64,000 nucleotides of DNA from Scyliorhinus canicula (GCF_902713615.1 NC_052172.1:19377327-19441326), one strand, 5' to 3'. Shown: positions 36,571-50,895, numbered from the stretch's first letter. A program made the numbers and translations. The notes: generated from the letters alone by a model not told the origin.

Positions 36571-38404
36571 AATTCTATGCCTCGGCTAATGAAGGCAAGT
36601 TTCCCATATGGCGCCTTAACTACTTGTCAGCATTGACTTCACCTTCGCTAGTGCTCCTTGATGCCTTGAGATCAAGGAGCAGCTACCCCCGTCTCCTCAG
36701 GTTTGATTCCACGTCTGGGGCTGGTTTCTGGGGCTGGTTTAGCTCACAAGGCTAAATCGCTGGCTTTTAAAGCAGGCCAGCAGCACTGTTCAATTCCCGT
36801 ACCAGCCTCCCCGGACAGGCGCCGGAATGTGGTGACTAGGGGCTTTTCACAGTAACTTCATTGACGCCTACTCGTGACAATAAGCGATTTTCATTTCACG
36901 TAGATGGGTGTTCCTGGCTGAGCAGGATCTCACTGAACAGGTAACACCAAGGCTCTGCCAATGGGGGGGGGGGGGGGGGTCCTGGTAACTATCAGGTTAG
37001 ATTTCTCTTGTTTATTGAAGAATCCGACAGCACTGGGAAATCCTCCAAAATGCTGGTCTTTGTTCTAATACAACCTGATTCGATTTGCATTGGTAAGAAA
37101 ACCAGGTGGACCGTAGAATAGAATCCCTACAGTGCAGAAGGAGGCCATTTGGCCCACCGAGTCTGCACTGGTGCTCTGGAAGAGCGGCCCACCTAGGGCC
37201 CCTTCCCCTGTAACCCCACCTAACCTGCACATCTTTGGACTGTGGGAGGAAACCGGAGCACCCGGAGGAAACCCACGCAGACACGGGGAGAACATGCAGA
37301 CTCCACACAGACAGTGACCCGAACCGGGAATCGAACCCGGGTCCCTGGCGCCGTGAAGCAACAATGCTAACCACTGTGCTACCTTGGTGCCCATAAGATG
37401 ATGAGAGATGCTGAATGAACACTGTGTGTCGGTGGTCATTACTCGCATTCTATAAGCAAATGTTCTCAATTGTATTACGACAGTCTTGAGCATTTATGCA
37501 TTTTTGAAAAGTAATAATCTGACAGAATGTGGTGATCCCCCAGTTTTTGATGAGGCACTTTACAGCCTTCTGCTCTTAACATTGAGTTAAGACTTCAGAC
37601 CATAAACTCTGTCCTCCATTTTGAATTGTTTCCCCCTGCCCCACTCCAAGTTCCAGTCTACATCTTGTTTTGCTTTCAGTAAGCGCTGACCTCTGTCCTG
37701 CTATTAACACGTACTGCTATTTTGCTTTCAGAAAGGGTTGACCTTTATGCCACTATTAACACCTGCTTTAGTCTTTAATACTATCATCACCACTCCTTTG
37801 TCCATGACGCCGTTGTCGCTTAATCAGTTGGGTTTACTCCTCGATCCGGGCGTTCACAGGTGTTCAGTTGGCGCCTGCTACCTGAAAGCCGGTTGGCATT
37901 TTGGGCTACCTTCGGACAGGGACATGGGTACAAACTGCAGTCAGCACAGGCTGGAAGACTGGGTACTGCATCTCAGACATGGAGCTGTAGGAGCAGGTGT
38001 TACAGCATCCGGTGAGTTTCACAAGTTCTAGGCTTCGCCACGAGGGCCGTCCCCGGGGTTAGAGACATGGAGTATACGCGACACTCGAGTTCTTTAAATA
38101 TCAGGAGTCTCACATTCCTGCTCCTGAGGGATTGAACAATCCAGGGTCCATTCTGTATAAACTATTTGCTTCAGCTAAAAGTCAAGACTCGCATATTTTA
38201 TTCTACAATCTACAACGGATGGCAAAACATGTGAGAATGTCTGTTCGACATGCGCTCGTCCTGTGCTGGGGAAGTGCTCCAAACCAGCCGGCCATCGAGC
38301 GACCACAATGAAGAATTATTACTCTCCCACCTTTAGCTCCATCAAATTTATTCGGACAGCACCAAAATGGCAGGTTAATTCTTAGTCTCAGTCAGCCGTG
38401 CACC

Positions 38405-39810
38405 GCACTCACATCTGAGTCAGAAGGTTGTGAGTTCAAGCCCAATTCCTCAAAACCTGAACACAAAAATCTACTGTGACACCCCAATGCAGTACTGAGG
38501 GAGTGCCGCACTGTCAGAGGGTCAGTACTGAGGGAGTGCCGCACTGTCAGAGGGTCAGTACTGAGGGAGTGCCGCACTGTCAGAGGGTCAGTACTGAGGG
38601 AGTGCTGCACTGTCAGAGGGTCAGTACTGAGGGAGTGCTGCACTGTCAGAGGGTCAGTACTGAGGGAGTGCTGCACTGTCAGAGGGTCAGTACTGAGGGA
38701 GTGCCGCACTGTCAGAGGGTCAGTACTGAGGGAGTGCTGCATTGTCAGAGGGTCAGTACTGAGGGAGTGCCGCACTGTCAGAGGGTCAGTACTGAGGGAG
38801 TGCCGCACTGTCAGAGGGTCAGTACTGAGGGAGTGCTGCACTGTCAGAGGGTCAGTACTGAGGGAGTGCCGCACTGTCAGAGGGTCAGTACTGAGGGAGT
38901 GCCGCACTGTCAGAGGGTCAGTACTGAGGGAGTGCCGCACTGTCAGAGGGTCAGTACTGAGGGAGTGCTGCACTGTCAGAGGGTCAGTACTGAGGGAGTG
39001 CCGCACTGTCAGAGGGTCAGTACTGAGGGAGTGCCGCACTGTCAGAGGGTCGGTACTGAGGGGGTGCTGCACTGTCAGAGGGTCAGTACAGAGGGAGTGC
39101 CGCACTGTCAGAGGGTCAGTACTGAGGGAGTGCCGCACTGTCAGAGGGTCAGTACTGAGGGAGTGCTGCACTGTCAGAGGGTCAGTACTGAGGGGGTGCT
39201 GCACTGTCAGAGGGTCAGTACTGAGGGAGTGCCGCACTGTCAGAGGGTCAGTACTGAGGGAGTGCCGCACTGTCAGAGGGTCAGTACTGAGGGAGTGCCG
39301 CACTGTCAGAGGGTCAGTACTGAGGGAGTGCTGCACTGTCAGAGGGTCAGTACTGAGGGAGTGCCGCACTGTCAGAGGGTCAGTACTGAGGGAGTGCTGC
39401 ACTGTCAGAGGGTCAGTACTGAGGGAGTGCTGCACTGTCAGAGGGTCAGTACTGAGGGAGTGCCGCACTGTCAGAGGGTCAGTACTGAGGGAGTGCCGCA
39501 CTGTCAGAGGGTCGGTACTGAGGGGGTGCTGCACTGTCAGAGGGTCAGTACAGAGGGAGTGCCGCACTGTCAGAGGGTCAGTACTGAGGGAGTGCCGCAT
39601 TGTCAGAGGGTCAGTACTGAGGGAGTGCTGCACTGTCAGAGGGTCAGTACTGAGGGAGTGCCGCACTGTCAGAGAGTCAGTACTGAGGGAGGGCTGCACA
39701 GTCAGAGGGTCAGTACTGAGGGAGCGCTGCACCGTCAGAGAGTCAGTACTGAGGGAGTGCTGCACTGACAGAGGTGCAGCCTTAAGGTGAGGCATTAAAC
39801 CGAGACCTTG
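38405..39810 (+). mobile_element. Deu-domain SINE (SacSINE1-like) expanded by an internal minisatellite
   Basis: Head TCTGAGTCAGAAGGTTGTGAGTTCAAGCCC precedes the array and GAGGCATTAAACCGAG follows it. An unexpanded copy is at ~56640-57020. Confidence 0.8.
38490..39772. repeat. Minisatellite, 33-bp unit, ~39 copies
   Basis: Unit CAGTACTGAGGGAGTGC(C/T)GCACTGTCAGAGGGT. Confidence 0.98.
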
Positions 39811-40462
39811 GTATGATTTGTAACAAGTGCAGGGGAATAGGATAATGGTCCTTGGGAATATATTCAAGTCTGAGTTGGACAGATTTTTGATTGACAGGGT
39901 TATGGGGGTCAGGCAGGAAAAGTTGTTCGGACCACCATCAGGTCAACCATGACCTTATTGAGAGGTGGCGCAGGCTGAAGGGCCCGAATGCCTACTCCTG
40001 ATGCTGTTAATAATAAGGTAAATGTCACCACAGTCCCTGATGACTGTAGGCTGCTTTCCCCTTTGATGGGGAGAGCTGACTGTTGGTGATTTAACCTGAG
40101 GGTCACCACATCTCAGGCAAGGGGCAAGGTTTCTTCCTTTTCAGATACTTAGAAAAATGATGGCACAGAGGGACTCCACTCTGCCCATCAAGTTTGTGCC
40201 ATCTGAGAAACGAGCAACCTCTTCCCCCACCCAACCTCACCCCATTTTCCAGCACTTGATCCACAGCACGGGAGGTCCTGTGTACATCCACACACCTTTA
40301 AAGTGAGTTCCAGACATAAAATATGACCTTCCTTGGGAGGAACGAACTCCTCACTTCCCCTCTAGTCCTTCCACCAGTTTAACTCTATGCTCCCTAGTCA
40401 TTGACCTCTCTGTTAAGCAAAATAGCTGCTTCCCATTGACTCGATCCAGCTTCCCTCATAAC

Positions 40463-41094
40463 CAGTGATGGGCAACCTGGGGCCGAGTGGGCTGCACGAG
40501 TGGCCCTCTTTCATCTCAGGGGCCACAAGATTTAAATGGAGCTTGGTCATTGACCACGACCCTGTGAATTAGATTAAATACATTTAATACACGCCGAACA
40601 TTTCAAAACGAGTTACAGAAAATGCTCAATCATTTATATATGAATAGAACTATCCTCAACTTCAAATGGTAAAAACAAAATAAATATTCACACTTTGGAC
40701 ACTTGGGAGTGCTGGGCTCTCACAGTCAGCACACTCCTCATTTCACTCACCCCTCACCACTCGCACTCGCTTTACGGGCGAATCACTTCAGCCATACCGG
40801 CAGCAAAAAAAAAGGCACAGTCGGGAATCAGTGGAGTGTAGCGACCCTGCACGTGGGCAACGGTCAACAAAGCGTCTTGTGGGGGTCGTACTCAGAACCG
40901 AGGTGGGCTCAGTGTCCGTGTGGAGTTTGCACATTCTCCCCGTGTCTACTAGTGTCTCACCCTACAACCCAAAGATGTGCAGGGTTGGTGGATTGGCCAT
41001 GCTAAATTGCCCCTTAATTTGAAAACAAAGAATTTCGTACTCTAAATTTTTTTTTTTAAAAGAACCCAGACGATCCGCAAATTGCCCACCACGG
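40463..41094. mobile_element. Non-autonomous hAT transposon with a nested short HE1 SINE
   Basis: TIRs CAGTGATGGGCAA / CCGTGGTGGGCAA; 8-bp TSD CTCATAAC (40455-40462) vs CTCGTAAC (41095-41102); inserted in a CR1 fragment. Confidence 0.8.
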
Positions 41095-41679
41095 CTCGTA
41101 ACCTTGTGCATTGCAATCAAATCTTTCCCTCGGCTTCTTCCCCTGTTCTGAGGAAGACACTCCCCAGAGCTAGCCAGCCTTTTCCTCAAGGGTGCAATTT
41201 TCCAGTATTGTCAGAAGCCCTCGTAAATCATTTGTGAGCCAGTCCTCAGTGTCACTCCTGCTGGGACTGTTGCGGGTGACCCTGCTTGCACGATTCCCAC
41301 TTTAGGGCTTCCCCTTCAGAGAAACCAAGCGCCGAGTGGCGTGGAGAGGGGAAACACACCGACTCAGCCTTTTCAACTTAAAATGTCAGGGTGAGGAAAC
41401 ATTCCACAAACTGCCTACACACACACATATATGTGTATATATCCATCCCCTGGGCAGGGAATCAGAGAGGGGGCTGGGCAAACCTGCAAAATGCATTGTA
41501 ATTTAAAGGTGGAATAAAGAGGTTGCAGTTTATTTGAGCAACATAGGATGTTAGATTTGCAACGTGAGCCATCAAACTGCAACCGTTCTTTTCACTGAAG
41601 GCACAATTGTTAATGTCAGCCTACTTGTGACAATAATAAAGATTCTCATTATAAAGATGTCTAATTATTCCAGGTCCCC

Positions 41680-41900
41680 AGCAGCCCCGAGCCCGCCCTC
41701 CCCCTGCCTGATAGGCGGAGCCGACAAAGGAATGGGATCCTCCCATTGGCCGGGAGAGAGGCCAATCCGCGACCCCCGGGCCGGCGGCGCGCGCTGCCCG
41801 CCGGGAGTTGTAGTCCCGGCCCGGGTCTCCCCTCTGTTAGGGGCGGGGCCGGGGACTACAACTCCCGGCGGGCGCCGCGCTGTCGGCGCAGTGTCTCGGC
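41680..41900 (+). promoter_or_regulatory. MAP3K10 CpG-island promoter: CCAAT boxes, GC box and two divergent ZNF143/SBS motifs
   Basis: ATTGG near 41745, CCAAT 41762, GGGACTACAACTCCCGGCGG on - (to 41817) and on + (from 41852), GGGCGGGGCC 41841-41850. Confidence 0.85.
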
Positions 41901-42152
41901 TGGAACAGCTGAGATTGTAACAATCCCGGCCAGAGAAACTGACACAGGAGCCGGAGTTCTGGCAACGCGGAAGTTGCTGGCCCTTTAATTCTTTATTTTT
42001 CATGGGGGCAGGGGGGAGAAATGGTATTTTAGGGAAGAATGCAAAGCCGAGCGGGCAGGAAAAAGAAAATTAATTGCTGCATAAAAAGGAGGGCCCTTTG
42101 CAGGGGCATTTGAGCCATGGCGAGAGGGGGAGCAATGCCAACCCTTCAGTAA

Positions 42153-42980
<828 letters not shown>

Positions 42981-44744
42981 TAGAGAAAGCAACATTTACC
43001 CTGGGGAGGCTGCAGTGTTAGCAAAGGGTAATCTAATGTCATGGGTCATACCTAGCTAGTAACACTGGTGAAATCACACAACTTTTGTTCTTTGCATTTG
43101 TTAGAAATTGGTCTTGGGACAGACAAGACAGAAATTAGGAGCAGACCATTCAGGCCCTTCAAGCTGCCTCCTTCGCCATTCTTGACATCATGGTCAACAT
43201 GACAGTGGCCTCTCAACTCCACTTTCCTGTCAGCTCCCTGGTCCATCACAAATCTGTTTAAACTCAGCCTTGAATATATACATTGAGGACCCAACCTTCA
43301 CTGCTCTCGGGGCAGGAGAAGAATTCAACAGACTAATAACCTCCAGAGGAGACAGGTCCCCACATTTCCCAATGGCCGTCCCCTTATTTTTAAACTGTCC
43401 CCCCCCCCCCCCCCCCCAATCCCTGTTTTAATAAGCTCACCTCGCATTCTTCTAAATTTCCGATGGGTACACGCCCCATCTGCTCACTCAGCAGAAACCC
43501 CAGGGCGGTGCATTAGTTAGCACTGGTACCTCACGGCTCCCAGGTTCGATCCCGGCTCTGGGTCACTGTCCGTGTGGAGTTTGCACATTCTCCCCGTGTC
43601 TGCGTGGGTTTCACCCCCCACAACCTCAAGATGTACAGGATAGGTGGATTGGCCACGCTAAATTGCCCCTTAATTGGCAAAATTAATTGGGTACTCTAAA
43701 TTAAAAAAATAAATAAGCAGAAAGCCCCTCCCATTAGCATTGAAGACAGCATTAAAGACAGAAGCAATTGATGTCTGTCCAAAGTTGCCCTGATTCCAGC
43801 TGGGTGACATTGTGAACCACATCACTGGGCGCTGTGTTAAATATGTGGTGTTGACTTGCCACATGTAGGTCAGACAGGGCCCAGTACCAATGCCAGGGTC
43901 TGGGCCTGAGCAGGTCCCTGGTCATGTTCCCTCATGGATTGCCAGGGATGAGGGAGTTCAGTCATGTGACGAGATCAGAGAAACTGGGATCGTCCTTCTC
44001 GGAAGAGAAAAGAATTAGACACACTTAACATTCTGCGACTTGAATAGGCAGGAACCATTTCTAGGGGCAGTAACAAGAGGGCACAGATGAAGATCACTTA
44101 TTGTGACAAGTAGGCTTCAAATGAAGTTACTGTGAAAAGCCCCTAGAAGATACAAGATTATTGGAGAGATGAACATAAATATTTTTACACAGCGAGTTGT
44201 GATCCGGAATGCACTGCCTGAAAAGGCAGTAGAAGCAGATTCAATCGGAACTTTCAAAAGGAAAATTGGATAAGTACTTGGAAAGGAAACATAGTTATAG
44301 GGAAAGAGCAAGGAGAACGTGATTAATCGAATAGGTCTTTCAAAGAACTTGCATGATCACAATGGGGTGAATGGCCTTCCATTGTACTGTAGAGTTCTTT
44401 AATATTCTGTTCCTCCATCAATAACCGACCAGTCAACTGTCCACTTGAGCAGTAGGGTGCCTTAAAATAATCATTATTCCCTATGGGGAAATATTCTGAG
44501 CATCAAACCTGAGTCTAACTAAGCCTGACAAGTGGTCACATGTCAAGAGTTCCATCCAACTACCATTTTATTGCAGTTTTAAAAAAGAACCTTCCAGACC
44601 CACGACCTCTACCGAGAGTTGCTACCCATTGAGCCATGGTTGACATGAAGAGTTAGGATAAAGATCAGCCTTGATCTCATTGGAAGGAGGATGGGTTTGA
44701 GGGGCTGTTTGGCCATCTCTAATCGCTAAATGTTGGGAGCTTGT

Positions 44745-45050
44745 ACCGCTTGTACATGTACCGCTGGATAGGGCATCTGGGGGCTCATTGAGCTTCCCAA
44801 GTCTGTACAAGATCTCGTAGTTGTAGGTGGAGAATTCGATTCTCCACCTCAGAATCTTGACGTTCTTGATTTTGCCCCGCTGTGTATTATTAAACATGAA
44901 GGCAACCGACCGTTGGTCAATGAGGAGAGTGAATTGCCTGCCGGCCAGGTAATGCCTCCAATGTCGCACAGCTTCTACAATAGCTTGGGCTTCCTTTTCG
45001 ACGGAGGAGTGTCGAATTTCGGAGGCATGGAGGGTACGGGGAAGAAAGCC
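44745..45050 (-). mobile_element. Isolated Gypsy pol fragment (RNase H)
   Basis: EIRHSSVEKEAQAIVEAVRHWRHYLAGRQFTLLIDQRSV...ILRWRIE...NEPPDALS. Confidence 0.9.
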
Positions 45051-45964
45051 ATGTGATGGGAAAGCAGGAGACTGAGAGATTTTGTCCATTGACACTCTGA
45101 CTTTCAGTGAACTAAGATCATGACTCCATCCAGGGGGCATTGAGACAAGTGACCTTTGGGAGTCTGCTGCTTTCTCTGTAATTTTTACTTCATTGTATTG
45201 AGACTTGCTTTAAAGCACAGGCGGAAGGATTGCTCAGTAGCTCAGTTGGTAAATCTGCTGCCTTCAGGATGGAGAAACCGGACGATGTGTCACTCAGTGT
45301 TTGCATCAAGCACTCCCAGGAATGGAACTCCAGTAACAACCCTGAGACCTGATCTTAACGATCACTTCTCCTTAACGCCATTGCCACATTTTTGTACCTT
45401 GGAGCATCTCCCGGTTGTCAAATTGGTGCCAAGTTACCAGCAATCATGTGCTTTAGGTGACAGACGTAAAGAACTGGGTCAATACTCACTAAACTCACTC
45501 GGCACAGAACTATGAGACAAGACTCGGTCAGCATGGGATTCGAATGATTTTCCCAGTAAAAATAGTATCCTTGTGTACATTTTGTAATGTTGCATCTGAT
45601 TATAATCCGATCATATTTGATGAACCCAGGTTACAAATTCTTGTATGTTCTATTGAGGCATAGCTTCCCCTCGCTGCGCCTATTTTGACCCACAACACAG
45701 GTTGTGTTGTGCTTTGGGTTCCACCTCCTCCCCTGGTTCTGACAGTGGATGAAGCTCACATTGATCGTTAAATTATCGGAACAACAACTTGCATTTCGGG
45801 AGCACGTTTATGAAGGACTGAATGCATGACCGAAACAGGCCACTCAGCCCATCTGGTTTGTGCTGGTCTTTACGCTCCACGTGATCCTCCTGCCTCCCAA
45901 TTTTCTAACCCATATCATTTGATCCTTTCTCCCTCGTTTATACCCGTAAGTGCCATTCACCTCA

Positions 45965-47152
45965 ACCCCTCCCCATGGGAGCGAGTCCCACATTCTCCCT
46001 ACTCCCCATGGGAGCGAGTCCCACATTCTCCCTACTCCCCATGGGAGTGAGTCCCACATTCTCCCTACTCCCCGTGGGAGCGAGTCCCACATTCTCCCCA
46101 CTCCCTGTGGGAGCGAGTCCCACATTCTCCCTACTCCCCATGGGAGTGAGTCCCACATTCTCCCTACTCCCCATGGGAGTGAGTCCCACGTTCTTCCCAC
46201 TCCCTGTGGGAGCGAGTCCAACATTCTCCCCACTCCCTGTGGGAGCGAGTCCCACATTCTCCCTACTCCCCATGGGAGCGAGCCCCACATTCCTCCCCAC
46301 TCCCCGCGGGAGCGAGTCCCGCATTCCTCCCCACTCCCCGCGGGAGCGAGTCCCGCATTCCTCCCCACTCCCCGCGGGAGCGAGTCCCGCATTCCTCCCC
46401 ACTCCCCGCGGGAGCGAGTCCCGCATTCCTCCCCACTCCCGCGGGAGCGAGTCCCGCATTCCTCCCCACTCCCCGCGGGAGCGAGTCCCGCATTCCTCCC
46501 CACTCCCCGCGGGAGCGAGTCCCGCATTCCTCCCCACTCCCCGCGGGAGCGAGTCCCGCATTCCTCCCCACTCCCCGCGGGAGCGAGTCCCGCATTCCTC
46601 CCCACTCCCCGCGGGAGCGAGTCCCGCATTCCTCCCCACTCCCCGCGGGAGCGAGTCCCGCATTCCTCCCCACTCCCCGCGGGAGCGAGTCCCGCATTCC
46701 TCCCCACTCCCCGCGGGAGCGAGTCCCGCATTCCTCCCCACTCCCCGCGGGAGCGAGTCCCGCATTCCTCCCCACTCCCCGCGGAGCGAGTCCCGCATTC
46801 CTCCCCACTCCCCGCGGGAGCGAGTCCCGCATTCCTCCCCACTCCCCGCGGGAGCGAGTCCCGCATTCCTCCCCACTCCCCGCGGGAGCGAGTCCCGCAT
46901 TCCTCCCCACTCCCCGCGGGAGCGAGTCCCGCATTCCTCCCCACTCCCCGCGGGAGCGAGTCCCGCATTCCTCCCCACTCCCCGCGGGAGCGAGTCCCGC
47001 ATTCCTCCCCACTCCCCGCGGGAGCGAGTCCCGCATTCCTCCCCACTCCCCGCGGGAGCGAGTCCCGCATTCCTCCCCATTCTCTGTGGGTGCAAGTCCC
47101 ACATTCCTCCCCATTCTCTGTGGGTGCAAGTCCCACATTCCTCCCCATTCTC
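45965..47152. repeat. CpG-rich minisatellite, 33/34-bp unit, ~35 copies, inside an antisense CR1 3' end (~45830-47400)
   Basis: Core unit CCCCACTCCCCGCGGGAGCGAGTCCCGCATTCCT; both flanks continue CR1 sequence. Confidence 0.95.
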
Positions 47153-50100
47153 TGGGGAACGAGGTTTTTCCTGAACTCCCCACTGGGTTTCTTAGTGACT
47201 GTCTTATATTGATAGCTCCTAGTTCTGGTCTCTCCTCACAAGTGGAAACATCTTCTCCACGTCTATCCTTCCATACTTTAAAAGACCTCTTTGAGTCACC
47301 CCTCAGTCATCTCTGTCCTCGAGATCGAAGCCGGAGTCTCTTCTACTTTTGCCTGATGGTTATAACCTCCCAGTTCTTGTAACCCTCTTTTTGTGCCTTT
47401 ACCAGTTTGTCTGTAACCCTTTAAAAAAAAATAATATGGAGTCCTCTACAGTGACTATAGCAAAGAATCGCAGGAGGCCTCTGCAGGGGTTTGAGGGTAG
47501 GATAGAGTGCTGATTGAAGAAAGGAATTAGAAGGGTTTGATGAAAAATGCGAATTTTGAGTAAAGTCTTATAGAAAGAGAGGCGGCTGGAGGGTTTTGGG
47601 GAAAGAATTCCGGGAAGCTTGTGGCCGAAGGCGTGACTGTTGAGGAATGGATAAAGAGGTGGACTGGGGAATACCAGGATTGACAGGCTGGGAGAAGCTC
47701 GGGTGGATGATGGGGTTGTGTTGGAGGGAGTGCTATGATATGGAGGAACTGAAAAACGAGGATAATAAACCAAACTTGGGGAAGTGACATTTTGGTTGAA
47801 TCCTAACACGTGGAACAGGAAAGTTCAACCAGAAACCAACTCTGAGGATGAAATCTATACAGGAACGATATAGTTGGATGCAATACATAGGGCAGCACGG
47901 TAGCATGGTGGTTAGCATAAATGCTTCACAGCTCCAGGGTCCCAGGTTCGGTTCCCGGCTGGGTCACTGTCTGTGCGGAGTCTGCACGTCCTCCCCGTGT
48001 GTGCGTGGGTTTCCTCCGGGTGCTCCGGTTTCCTCCCACAGTCCAAAGATGTGCGGGTTAGGTGGATTGGCCATGCTAAATTGCCCATAGTGTCCTAAAA
48101 AGTAAGGTTAAGGGGGGGTTGTTGGGTTACGGGTATAGGGTGGATACGTGGGTTTGAGTAGGGTGATCATTGCTCGGCACAACATCGAGGGCCGAAGGGC
48201 CTGTTCTGTGCTGTACTGTTCTATGTTCTATGTTCTAAGATAGGAGCAGCAGGAGGCCTTTTGGCCCTTCGAGCCTGCTCTGCCATTCATCATGATCACG
48301 GCTGATCATCCAACTCAATAGCCTAATCCTGCTTTCTCCCCATAGCCTTTGATCCCATTCTCCCCAAGTGCTATATCCAGCCGCCTCTTGAATATATTTA
48401 AAGTTTGAGCATTTAGCATATTACATTTAAAAGCTGAACTTGTATATAATGCAGAGATATAACTCAGTAAATCAGCAACTTTATCAAGCATGTTTTCAAG
48501 GAAAACATTGCAGCAGTGTCAAACGAGATCTGGCATTGAACTACACAAGGTGATATCAGGGCGGGTGATCAATAGCTTAGTTGAGGAGGTCGGTTTTTAA
48601 AAGTACCTTTTTTAGGAGGAGAGCAATGTGGAGAGGTTTCGGGAGGGAGTTTTGGAGCTTTCTGATGAACAATAATGTAAAGTGTTGTGAGGATAGCAGG
48701 TGTGAATACAATGATCTGTCCAATCAGCCATGATCGTATTGAAGGACGGAGCACGTGCGATGGGCCGAATGGCCTCCTCCTGCTTGTACGTTAGGGCCCA
48801 GGCAGCCACTGGCAGAGCAATGAGGGTTTGCCGATACACAGCAGACCAGAATGACGGGAGTGCACACATCCCGGAATCTGTGGGGCTGGATGAGATTACG
48901 GGGATAGAGAGGGTGAACCCGTGGAAGAATTCGAGAACCGGGATGAGAATTTTAAATTGACATATTGTGCGTTGCCAGATTGGGAAGCGATATGGATGAA
49001 CTGTACACGTGTGAGTGTTTGAAAAATACACCCGAGAGTTAACACCAGGTAAATGAGTGTGCTTTTAGTGAATATTTCCAGCCTTTCAGCTGTCACCATT
49101 AATTGTGCTTCATCCCTGATCCTACAGTGTAGAATCCAGGTCAGTGCTCGGGGCAAGATCAATTCTTTTCTGTTGTGAAACGGCGAATTGTTTGATTTCA
49201 CTGAATCTCATGTTCTTGTCCCAATGGTGCCTGGGAATGTCAGGGATGTCACAATATAGGAAACAGAAGGTGGCTTTGAGCCCATCAGAAGTGCTAGCTC
49301 TTTGAAAGAGTTAGTCCCACTGGCCCTGCTCTTCCCCCTTAGTCGTACAAAACATTCCCTTTTGCAAGTCCCGATTGAATCTTCTTCCACCGCCCTTCCA
49401 GATCACAACTCTCTTCAGTAAGCCCATTTCAGTCGGCAGTGAGGAAGGCAAACGCAATGTTACCATTCATGTCGAGAGGGCTAGAGTACAAGAGCGGGGA
49501 TGTACCTCTGAGGCTGTATAAGGTTCTGGTCAGACCCCATTTTGAGTATTGTGAGCAGTTTTGGACCCTGTATCTAAGGAAGGATGTGCTGGGCCTTGGA
49601 AAGGGTCCAGAGGAGGGTCACAAGAATGAGCCCTGGAATGAAGAACTTGCCGTATGAGGAACGGTTGAGGTCTGTACTCATTGGAGTTTAGAAGGATGAG
49701 GGAGGATCTTATTGAAACTTAGATACTGCGAGGCCTGGATAGAGTGGACGTGGAGAGGATGTTTCCACTTGTAGGAAAAACTAGCAGAGGATACAATCTC
49801 AGACTAAAGGGACGATCCTTTAAAACAGAGACGAGGAGGAATTTCTGCAGCCAGAGGGTGGTGAATCTGTGGAACTCTTTGCCGCAGAAGGCTGTGGAGG
49901 CCAAATCACGGAGTGTGTTTAAGACCGAGATAGATAAGTTCTTGATTAATAAGGGGTTATGGGGAGAAGGCAGAAGAGCGGGGATGTGAAAAATATCGCC
50001 ATGATTGAATGGCAGAGCGATCTGGTCCTTATGGTCTTAAAAGTGTGTGCAATATCGGTACACAGTCTTCAGATTTAGCAATGTACAGACCACTTATCTC

Positions 50101-50541
50101 GTGGCACAATGGGGTTAGCGTCCCTACCTCTGAACCAGAATGTCTGGGTTTGAATCCCACCCCAGGACTTGGCCAAGGAAGGTGCGTTCAAACGGCCAAA
50201 CAGGTTGAGTATCGACCTTCAAAATCCTTCCAACGCAGGTGGTGAGAGGGGGAGAAATTCCTGGTCGGCCACACGATGGAAAGAATATTGGAGCCTCAAC
50301 CGTCACTACCCACCGCTCCAGATGGCAACACGCATGTTGGCATCCTATAGAATGTCTCGGGAGATCAGTGTTTGAATCGGTGTGAATATTTACCTACCAC
50401 GTTAATTTAAAAAAAGTGAATGGAATATCTGACAGCCGCTCCATCGGGCCTTGCTCTGAAACTTGATGTTTCGAATGTTTACATACAAGCAGCAACCACC
50501 TCCTGCCAAATGGCTGGAGCGACATCACCAACGCACTCATT

Positions 50542-50582
<41 letters not shown>

Positions 50583-50895
50583 ATTGCCGCAAGCGGCTGA
50601 GTCTTCTGGGCCAGTCACAGGTGCTGATTATTTCACCCGATTTGTGAAGTTTGCCACAGTTCGTAGGATGTTGTAGAAAAACCTTCCACCTGCCGCGTTT
50701 GCCACCCAGTTGGGTTAAATGTTTTCACAAAACAGCAACAAATCCCATCTGAGCTTCCCGCAACGATAATAATTAACCAACTAATTATCCATTAACTAAA
50801 TGCCGTTTCCCACAAGTAATTGCACTTTGGTACGAGGTGAAGGTCAGGTTGAGCATGTAACTGCTGGATTGTTTTATTCAAGATCATCCCTTTCT

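Noticed and set aside
37860-38011. Possible plus-strand exon (CACAG|...|GTGAGT) in unique sequence
   Set aside because: Weak pyrimidine tract, no recognisable peptide and no gene to attach it to.
38490-39772. CRISPR-like periodicity
   Set aside because: Head-to-tail units with no unique spacers, eukaryotic context and no cas genes.
38392-39867. 491-aa and 430-aa ORFs
   Set aside because: Products of a stop-free 33-bp tandem repeat inside a SINE; no gene signals.
45844-47212. 300-430-aa ORFs in five frames
   Set aside because: Minisatellite translation artefacts.
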